The notes under the pieces were generated by a model. The model was not told the origin of the DNA and did no database searches. It saw nothing but the letters and a program-made list of their open reading frames with translations. Below, piece by piece: positions 9,570-15,889 of a stretch of DNA of 34,753 nt. This stretch comes from a virus (lineage: Duplodnaviria; Caudoviricetes): the IMG/VR virus record IMGVR_UViG_3300037962_000190, positions 1 to 34,753 of that record, one strand, 5' to 3'. How positions within the stretch are numbered: position 1 is the first letter of the stretch; each line of letters begins with the position of its first letter. Position numbers and translations under genes: made by a program.

Positions 9570-9759
9570 CAGATACAAGCCTACGCATAAGAAGAAGCGT
9601 AAGCACCTCAACGAGAAAGCATTCTTTGAAGGGAGAGAGGGCTTCAGGGTTAATAGCTATAACCCATATAGACCAAGATCTCTGGAACACAAAGAGTGGG
9701 AGCGAGGTTACAACAGGCAATACTTTATTAATTTAAATAAATTAAATAAGGTTGCGTGA
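9562..9759 (+). CDS. ribosome modulation factor (Rmf/CrpP-fold)-like small protein
   Basis: AFFEGREGF....NPY....EHKEWERGY resembles the RMF pattern A..RG..AG......CPY......W..GW. Exact start uncertain. Confidence 0.5.
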   Translation: MFNRYKPTHKKKRKHLNEKAFFEGREGFRVNSYNPYRPRSLEHKEWERGYNRQYFINLNKLNKVA

Positions 9760-10198
9760 TATGCAACTGCCACTATTTCCTACGTTAGAGCATGAGGATT
9801 TAGGTGCAGGTGAGGGGAAGGTATGTTGTAAGTGTGATACATATCTACCCCTCTCTGCATTCTCACCAAGTTCAGGGGCAAACTTCTTACGCCCTGAATG
9901 CAAGGCTTGTAACTACGAATTACAAAAAGTAAGAGAAAGACTGCGCGAAGAACACGGTATGCCAGAAGAGGGATACAGTTGCCCCATTTGTGGTGGGGAT
10001 GCAGAGAAAGTAAAGGGCAAAGGTAATACAAGAAACGGCCCTTGGGTACTGGATCATTGTCACGACACAGAAACATTTAGGGGATGGTTGTGCCACAAAT
10101 GTAATCGTGCCTTGGGTGGTTTTGACGATGATCCAGATATATTAAAAAGAGCATTAGACTATTTAGAAAATCATCTTAGAAAAATTTTTACCGTATAG
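9752..10198 (+). CDS. recombination endonuclease VII-like (His-Me finger) nuclease
   Basis: CPICG...VLDHCH....FRGWLCHKCNRALG.F.DD...L.RA..YL; extra N-terminal CxxC...CxxC. Confidence 0.88.
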   Translation: MRDMQLPLFPTLEHEDLGAGEGKVCCKCDTYLPLSAFSPSSGANFLRPECKACNYELQKVRERLREEHGMPEEGYSCPICGGDAEKVKGKGNTRNGPWVLDHCHDTETFRGWLCHKCNRALGGFDDDPDILKRALDYLENHLRKIFTV

Positions 10199-10207
10199 GA
10201 TATTAAC

Positions 10208-10540
10208 ATGAAAAGTAAATTAGTATTATTAGGAGGGCTGACAGGTGCTTTACTGTTATCTTTTATCAATGTTCCCATCGCTGAACCGTCACCGCAAATG
10301 GGGTGTAAACCGCTTCCAATGGCTGCGGGGGTTATCGAAGGACTCCACAAAGAAAGAATAGTATTTAGAGGCGTATCTAACAGAGGACACGTAACTATAA
10401 TACACTTAAATAAAGATTCAGGTACGTGGTCTGCCAACGTCATATTGCCAACAAACATAAATCAACTGTGTATGGTGGACGCTGGAACGACAGGTGAGAT
10501 AACAGATACTACTTTTATGCCCGAAAATGTAGAGAAATAG
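10208..10540 (+). CDS. hypothetical exported protein
   Basis: N-terminal signal peptide-like segment MKSKLVLLGGLTGALLLSFINVPIA; two Cys; AGGA RBS. Confidence 0.7.
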   Translation: MKSKLVLLGGLTGALLLSFINVPIAEPSPQMGCKPLPMAAGVIEGLHKERIVFRGVSNRGHVTIIHLNKDSGTWSANVILPTNINQLCMVDAGTTGEITDTTFMPENVEK

Positions 10541-10564
10541 GACAAATCGCGTATACGCCCTTTT

Positions 10565-10633
10565 AAGGGGGGCTACAGAGCAAGTAGGTAAAATCTGGAC
10601 TATACCTACCAGAGGGTATCTTTGCAGCCCCTT
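10565..10633. other. structured intergenic element (nested inverted repeats)
   Basis: GGGGCTACAGAG (10569-10580) pairs with CTTTGCAGCCCC (10620-10631). Inner GTAGGTA (10584-10590) pairs with TACCTAC (10603-10609). Confidence 0.6.
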
Positions 10634-10636
10634 CTG

Positions 10637-10660
10637 CCTCATCCTACGAGGTCGTTTTTT
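10637..10660 (+). terminator. possible weak intrinsic terminator
   Basis: CCTC-atcctac-GAGG short hairpin followed by tcgTTTTTT, near the end of the + strand arm. Confidence 0.3.
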
Positions 10661-10689
10661 AAACAATTACGTTTTTTTGGAGGGTAACC

Positions 10690-10890
10690 ATGCAATTTAA
10701 GGTAACAATCACAAAACCTAAAGGAAATAGAATAACTACCACTAGCTTCAGCTTACGTATAGTAAAACGGTATGCAAAAGACTGTGCAAAGCCTGATGAT
10801 AGAGTGGTGATAGAAGAGATCAGGGGATATAACTCTGATGGATATTACGAAACATCTATCCTAGAGGACTACATAAAGAAAACTAAGTAG
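10690..10890 (+). CDS. hypothetical protein (66 aa)
   Basis: GGAGGG RBS; last + strand gene; overlaps the convergent gene by 8 nt. Confidence 0.65.
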   Translation: MQFKVTITKPKGNRITTTSFSLRIVKRYAKDCAKPDDRVVIEEIRGYNSDGYYETSILEDYIKKTK

Positions 10891-11224
10891 TTTCTACGGG
10901 TGGATCTTTAATTACCTTTTCTAGTTTGTGAAACTTTATTCGCTCGTTAGGTAGGAATCTCCACACTACGCCTCTGCCATTGTCTATTTGCAATACAGTT
11001 TCGTAGAAACCTATCTTTAGTATGATGGCTTTGTCTCCATCGAGTATGCACTTGTCTCCTTCTTGGAAGCTAGAATGCATCCTAAACTTTACTCCATTTA
11101 TAAAGTTAGTAGCAAAGTCGCGTACCATCAATGTAAGTATCAACGCCAACATTATAACTAGCATAGGAGTAATTAACTCCACTAGTTCTATTGACATTGT
11201 ATTTATGTCAGTAAGCTCTTTCAT
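10883..11224 (-). CDS. small membrane protein with MscS-like TM + beta (Sm-like) domain
   Basis: Hydrophobic helix, then RDFATNFINGV...SFQEGDKCILDGDKAIILKIGFYETVLQI...FLPNERI. This matches the MscS pattern N...G....PF..GD.I...G..G.V..IG...T......IPN..I. Confidence 0.6.
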   Translation of the reverse strand: MKELTDINTMSIELVELITPMLVIMLALILTLMVRDFATNFINGVKFRMHSSFQEGDKCILDGDKAIILKIGFYETVLQIDNGRGVVWRFLPNERIKFHKLEKVIKDPPVETT

Positions 11225-11376
11225 TTCTCTCTACTATTCCACAAATCAAATAGGACTTTCACCTTTTCTTTGAGGGTGTCTATCTCTCCATGCATCTTTG
11301 CTAACACGATTACTAGTGTTACAAACCCGAATGCGATAGGCCACCCTGATACTATGATGCTCCAAGCGTCTTCCAT
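11221..11376 (-). CDS. small single-TM protein (51 aa), holin/antiholin-like candidate
   Basis: Manual translation MEDAWSIIVSGWPIAFGFVTLVIVLAKMHGEIDTLKEKVKVLFDLWNSREK*. ATGA overlap with the next gene. Confidence 0.7.
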   Translation of the reverse strand: MEDAWSIIVSGWPIAFGFVTLVIVLAKMHGEIDTLKEKVKVLFDLWNSREK

Positions 11377-11394
11377 TTTCTAACGAGATCCTCA

Positions 11395-11649
11395 TTACTT
11401 ACGATAGCTTCTAGTTTTCTTAGCTATCTTCTTAGGCTGTTTTACGTGCTGTTTACCAGCCTTTGTTCCTTTACGTTTGGCCCTAGACGTAGCTGCATAC
11501 TCAGCAGAGCTAAGAGACTTTATGGCAGCTGACGGTAGATATCTTTCGCCAGTAGCCTTTGGGCCTTGCGTAGATGGCTTACCTGATTTAGTACGCCACT
11601 TTTGTTTAGTCCAGTTTTTAAGACTTCTTTGTGATTTTTTTAGAGCCAT
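11395..11649 (-). CDS. basic protein, DUF5872-like C-terminal half (84 aa)
   Basis: MALKKSQRSLKNWTKQKWRTKSG...GERYLP..AIKSLS..EYAAT...KR. Start taken at the ATG at 11649, after GAGGTGG. Confidence 0.7.
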   Translation of the reverse strand: MALKKSQRSLKNWTKQKWRTKSGKPSTQGPKATGERYLPSAAIKSLSSAEYAATSRAKRKGTKAGKQHVKQPKKIAKKTRSYRK

Positions 11650-11758
11650 TCTTTTTTCCACCTCTTAACTTTTTAAGATCTGCACCAGTTATCTTATTTC
11701 TAGGTGGTGCAACTCTAGCCAACTTCTTTTGCTTTGGGCTGTATTTTTTCATAGGCAT
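11618..11758 (-). CDS. Lys-rich microprotein (46 aa)
   Basis: Manual translation MPMKKYSPKQKKLARVAPPRNKITGADLKKLRGGKKNGSKKITKKS*. TAATG coupling and GGAGGA RBS. Confidence 0.7.
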   Translation of the reverse strand: MPMKKYSPKQKKLARVAPPRNKITGADLKKLRGGKKNGSKKITKKS

Positions 11759-11946
11759 TATCTATATCCTCCACCTTTTGCTTTATATTGTTTTGCCAAC
11801 ATCTGAGCCTTTCTCGCTGACCACTGTCCACTTTTACCGCCCTTTGAACCAGCCTTTATTTTATTGAATAGGTTCTTACGCATCGTAGGTTTAGTGTAGT
11901 TACCTGCTTCGTTTACTTTACTTTTACTTTTCTTTTTAGTAGCCAT
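11758..11946 (-). CDS. basic protein, DUF5872-like N-terminal half (62 aa)
   Basis: NYTKPTMRK.LF.KIKAGSKGGKSGQWSARKAQMLAKQYKAKGGGY; AAGGAG RBS. Confidence 0.75.
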   Translation of the reverse strand: MATKKKSKSKVNEAGNYTKPTMRKNLFNKIKAGSKGGKSGQWSARKAQMLAKQYKAKGGGYR

Positions 11947-11957
11947 GTCTTCTCCTT

Positions 11958-12404
11958 TTATCCCATGAACATAGATCGTTCATGTTCTCTCCTTCTTACT
12001 AGTCCTTTTAAACGTCTACCCCCAGCGTATACCCATCGTGGAAATTCATCAGCTGCACCAATGTAATCTCCCCTGTTTATCTTACGCCTTAGTGTGCTAC
12101 TCTGTAACGCACCACTGCCTAGATTAAATACGAATGAACATAAGGCATTGAACTGTCCATCCTCTAGCGGAACTCGTATGTGTCTGAGAACTGCCATCTC
12201 CGACTTCTTAACATCTCTTCTTAATAAATAGTCTGCCTGATCTTCGTTTATATCAGGGTGGTCTTCAGTAACTCGCTTATCATCCATGCCCCAGATAGCC
12301 CCGTACCCTATAGTCCAGTGTTGTGCAGGACAAAGGTACGGGGAGGAACTATAACCCTCGTATAACTTAATTAAATCTAAACCTTCATCAGTCATACGCC
12401 TCAT
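11958..12404 (-). CDS. endolysin, GH24 (phage lysozyme)
   Basis: GLDLIKLYEG....PY.CPA..WTIGYG, QFNALCSFVFNLG, STL.RKIN.G, EFPRWVYAGG..L.GLVRRR..E. Confidence 0.95.
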   Translation of the reverse strand: MRRMTDEGLDLIKLYEGYSSSPYLCPAQHWTIGYGAIWGMDDKRVTEDHPDINEDQADYLLRRDVKKSEMAVLRHIRVPLEDGQFNALCSFVFNLGSGALQSSTLRRKINRGDYIGAADEFPRWVYAGGRRLKGLVRRREHERSMFMG

Positions 12405-12413
12405 AGTCTATCC

Positions 12414-13094
12414 TTAGTTATTATCTGAGTACAGGTTATTGAAAGTTACAGATGGATCTAGATAGGACTCATGGGATTCTGCTGAGTGTGTCCATTGCGA
12501 AGGTGCAAAGTCAGGTACACCCTCTCCTGTTCGCCACAAAGCAGGACTAGTCGCTCTTACCCTATTGTTTGGCAATGCCACTATATTCCCTGTCCATTTC
12601 CCTGCATCCAGTAGTTGGATTACATGAGACTGTTTGTGTTGCGCTGGATCATCTGCTATTTCGTGATCAGTGTAATCCACAGTAAACATATACTTACCAG
12701 TGTAAAACTCACCATCTATCTTACACAACCAAGGGGAGGAGCTTACTCTATCCATCACTACTACACTGTGATATCTAGACTCACAATCCCAAGGCTGACA
12801 TAGATGATCATCCATTGGTTCGGGCCATTCCTCTACGGGAACATCGGCTACTAGTGCCTGTATTGGCATCCTAGCCCACATTGCACCGCCATGAATGTTT
12901 TCGTCAGGGCCATCTTCCCTGTCTATTTCACACCCTGTAAATACTACCTGAAAACTTAATGACCTATCAGGTATGGTGTTTACTGCGAAGGCTAAAGCGT
13001 GAAGGAACTCACCGTGATAAGATTGATGGTTACTGGTAAATTCCTTACGCACCCAACATTTAAAGTATGGGATATTACTTATGAGATAGGGCAT
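12414..13094 (-). CDS. conserved phage hypothetical protein (226 aa)
   Basis: Long ORF coupled by TAATG. Trp/His/Asp-rich with enzyme-like motifs (GGAMWARMP, QPWDC, FTVDY, QHKQSH, ALPNNR). Confidence 0.85.
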   Translation of the reverse strand: MPYLISNIPYFKCWVRKEFTSNHQSYHGEFLHALAFAVNTIPDRSLSFQVVFTGCEIDREDGPDENIHGGAMWARMPIQALVADVPVEEWPEPMDDHLCQPWDCESRYHSVVVMDRVSSSPWLCKIDGEFYTGKYMFTVDYTDHEIADDPAQHKQSHVIQLLDAGKWTGNIVALPNNRVRATSPALWRTGEGVPDFAPSQWTHSAESHESYLDPSVTFNNLYSDNN

Positions 13095-13207
13095 TATCTA
13101 CGTCGAGCTGCTCCACCCCTTGCGTACCCCTTGGCCTTTTTCATGCCACCTTTAGCCATTCCTTTAGCCATCTTTTTCTTTTTATTCATCATTTTTTTCA
13201 TCGCCAT
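13094..13207 (-). CDS. Lys/Met/Gly-rich microprotein (37 aa)
   Basis: Manual translation MAMKKMMNKKKKMAKGMAKGGMKKAKGYARGGAARRR*. AGGAG RBS; TAATG overlap with the next gene. Confidence 0.75.
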   Translation of the reverse strand: MAMKKMMNKKKKMAKGMAKGGMKKAKGYARGGAARRR

Positions 13208-13211
13208 AGTT

Positions 13212-13496
13212 TTATTCTCCTATGTTTTCCATTTTAAACATACCCTGATTGTCAGTACCAGCATGACAACCACACTTGCAGACTTCAGGGTCACAACCGC
13301 ACTCTGTACAACTGTCGCATTTGCATCCAGTTAAAGTGTCAGTATTATCTTCTACCATAGTATCACCTTCTTGTACTATTGTATTCTCTTTATCTACTGT
13401 TACATATTTTCCATCTACCATTATCTTTTCCCCATTGTCTGTAAAGAAGATGCTTTCCTTACCGCACCCTCCGATATTATCTAGTATGGCGTTCAT
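13212..13496 (-). CDS. acidic protein with metallothionein-like Cys cluster (94 aa)
   Basis: CKCDSCTECGCDPEVCKCGCH. Start reassigned to the ATG at 13496, after AGGAGG. Confidence 0.7.
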   Translation of the reverse strand: MNAILDNIGGCGKESIFFTDNGEKIMVDGKYVTVDKENTIVQEGDTMVEDNTDTLTGCKCDSCTECGCDPEVCKCGCHAGTDNQGMFKMENIGE

Positions 13497-13497
13497 A

Positions 13498-15156
13498 TTA
13501 TGTATCCTCCTGCATATTAAAAACATCTTTCATTTGTGTTGCCATACCACCTTTATTCATCAGTTTAAATTTTTCTACCTCTTTTACATTAAGAACTCTG
13601 CTAGGGTCTTGAAATATCTCATGTATCTCACCTGTTTTAATATTTTGTACTTCATATACTCCAGCACCAGTAGGGCCATATTCAGGTTGTTTAAGATTTA
13701 TTTTAAAACCTTCTGGTGCTTTATCAGTTTTTATTTCTTTTAATTGTTTATGTACTTCTTTTGCTGATATAGGATTTTCTCTGCTATTGTAAGAATCTAA
13801 TATGTTCTCAATTTTTATTTCAGTTTTTTCAGACATAAAAGGTGTTACTGATTTAGTTGTTTTCTTTCTAACATCTAATCCTGTTTCAGGATCAATTTCT
13901 CCTACTCTTACTTTCAACTGTCTTAATTGTTGTCTAGTTGGTTTTTTTACATCCTTTGCTAATACAAGAGGCCCAACCTGTATGACCTCATCTGCATCAA
14001 ATATTGGCATCCCTGTATCTTTATTATAGAATTGAGATTGTCTATAAGGATTAAATCCTACTTGTGTCCATTCAGGATACTTATCGGGATTAGCAACTAT
14101 ATCATATGCTTTTTTATAGGTTTCTTCTGGGTCTGAATTATAGAATTTACCTTCCATTCTTCCTATTGTTTGTTTACCAACTAAAACATTCTCTCCTTTT
14201 TTTATCGTTCTTCTATCTCTAGCTATACCTAAAGCAGTATCAGTGGCACTTTTAAATTCTATACCTCCTTTTAATACGGCTACCTGACCATATGCTTTTG
14301 CAGCACCTCTTCCTCCTTCATGTAAAGTTACTACCCAAGTGTCAAACCGTTCATAAGCAGGTATATCTAATCTAGCACCTACAACTGTACCATCAGGTAT
14401 ATCCACATCTACATTTAAAAGTTTTTGCCGTTGAGCGTCTTTTAACGAACCAGTAATATCTTTATTTGTTGGTAGATTAGGAAAATTTTCTGTGGTTATT
14501 TTTTTAATTGGATTGTATTTTTGAACAATTTCTCTAAATTTACGAGATGTAATTTTATCTTCAAACAAATCTCTAGCTGCCTGTGCTACCTCTGGGATCT
14601 GAGTTTGTTTTTGCGATACTCTATTTGCATCCCTCCATTTAGCAATTTGTTCATCATTATTTCTAAAAGAAATTACTTCTTCTTTAGTTTCTTTAGGTGT
14701 AGGTTTACTTTTTAATGTTTTGGGTACAACGCCCATACCTAAGACTTCTTCACTTGCTTTTTTTGTTGGCCCTGCCACGACAGAAGAAGCTGCCGACTGA
14801 CCTGTTATTGCCATAGCAGCCTCTAATATCTCCTCTGTCGTAGGTTCGTAACCCTCACGTACAGCATCTGGTAAGAGAATTGTTTTTATTGCATCATAGA
14901 ACGCTGATGGTGCTGTTATATCTAACTCATTAATATCTTCATAACTTTCTTCTCTGGATATTTTAGGAAGAAATGTAGTTGTTCTTTCTGCATCGGGATC
15001 AAACCCAGCATCTCGCAGTTTAGCTTCAAGTATTGTATCTTGATCTGAAGTTGTATCTACAGTATCTTTTGCCTGTATTAAATCACCAAGAGTTACTTCA
15101 TTATCTCCTGTGTTAAAAACCTCTTCCATTTGTTGATCTGTTGTTTGCTCTACCAT
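13498..15156 (-). CDS. hypothetical virion-associated protein (~552 aa)
   Basis: Long ORF; probable start ATG at 15156 overlapping the upstream gene's end. Central globular domain RLDIPAY...WVVTLH...QVGFNPYR...FY...ADEVIQVGPLVLAK. Confidence 0.8.
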   Translation of the reverse strand: MVEQTTDQQMEEVFNTGDNEVTLGDLIQAKDTVDTTSDQDTILEAKLRDAGFDPDAERTTTFLPKISREESYEDINELDITAPSAFYDAIKTILLPDAVREGYEPTTEEILEAAMAITGQSAASSVVAGPTKKASEEVLGMGVVPKTLKSKPTPKETKEEVISFRNNDEQIAKWRDANRVSQKQTQIPEVAQAARDLFEDKITSRKFREIVQKYNPIKKITTENFPNLPTNKDITGSLKDAQRQKLLNVDVDIPDGTVVGARLDIPAYERFDTWVVTLHEGGRGAAKAYGQVAVLKGGIEFKSATDTALGIARDRRTIKKGENVLVGKQTIGRMEGKFYNSDPEETYKKAYDIVANPDKYPEWTQVGFNPYRQSQFYNKDTGMPIFDADEVIQVGPLVLAKDVKKPTRQQLRQLKVRVGEIDPETGLDVRKKTTKSVTPFMSEKTEIKIENILDSYNSRENPISAKEVHKQLKEIKTDKAPEGFKINLKQPEYGPTGAGVYEVQNIKTGEIHEIFQDPSRVLNVKEVEKFKLMNKGGMATQMKDVFNMQEDT

Positions 15157-15428
15157 TTTACTTTGTTCGCCCAATATGCAGCTGACATTTTACCCTTGGC
15201 AATGTTCTTGCCATGTCTAGCCTTAAATGATTTTCTTCGTGCCTTTTGTTTAGCTGATTCGCCCTTCTTTGGTTTACCAGCAGTCTTTACGCCCTGTTGT
15301 CCAAAGCGTATGAGTTTCTCCTTACCACCCTCTCTAGCTAATACGGCATGAGATTTAGTAGGGTGGTCAGGTGTTCTCTTTGGTTTATTGTAACCAGAGA
15401 ATGTTTCTTTGCCCTTCTTTACAGTCAT
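15150..15428 (-). CDS. basic phage protein (92 aa)
   Basis: KSHAVLA...KLIRFGQQG...RRKSFKARH...SAAYWANKVKW, a recurrent small phage protein pattern. TAATG coupling. Confidence 0.8.
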   Translation of the reverse strand: MTVKKGKETFSGYNKPKRTPDHPTKSHAVLAREGGKEKLIRFGQQGVKTAGKPKKGESAKQKARRKSFKARHGKNIAKGKMSAAYWANKVKW

Positions 15429-15889
15429 TACGAGCTACTCCTTGATCTCTGGAGGGCGCGACTTCCAAACCAGAATGATATAATAGCAGCGAATATTCCC
15501 TGCGTTTCTTCATCCCACAGTGTCTGTATCGCTATCTCCCATACGATACCGTCAGTATATATTAGGCCATATAGCGCAGTGCCTTTGATGACTGCGAATA
15601 GTGTAAAGAATAAGTATGTTATAACTGGCCTGACACTTGCCCTCAGTCCTGCCATAAAGCCCGTTGACTTCATTGACTGATCGTGTTTGTACAGAGCCTT
15701 GCTTTCACTTATGTCGGCCTCTATATTCAGTGCCTCTAGCTTTTGTGTGTGCGCTAGTTTAGATGCCTCTATTTGGCGATCCATCATGGCAAGTTCGTGC
15801 TTCCTGTCTTGCCAATCGGAGAACATATCAAAGGCTTTAGGTAGCGCGGAACCTGCAAATCCAATTAATGATCCTAGTATTGTAATCAT
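15428..15889 (-). CDS. putative holin-like membrane protein
   Basis: N-terminal hydrophobic helix, DRKHEL coiled region, LRASVRPVITY plus two TM segments ending FWFGSR. Confidence 0.65.
   Translation of the reverse strand: MITILGSLIGFAGSALPKAFDMFSDWQDRKHELAMMDRQIEASKLAHTQKLEALNIEADISESKALYKHDQSMKSTGFMAGLRASVRPVITYLFFTLFAVIKGTALYGLIYTDGIVWEIAIQTLWDEETQGIFAAIISFWFGSRALQRSRSSS

Noticed and set aside
2439-9720. Minus-strand ORFs inside replication genes (e.g. 3772-4200, 6304-6858, 8948-9199)
   Set aside because: They are antisense shadows of well-supported genes, with no recognisable motifs.
10541-10689. tRNA or cobalamin riboswitch in the intergenic gap
   Set aside because: There is no cloverleaf with a TTC T-loop and no recognisable B12-box, and the gap lies downstream of nrdJ.
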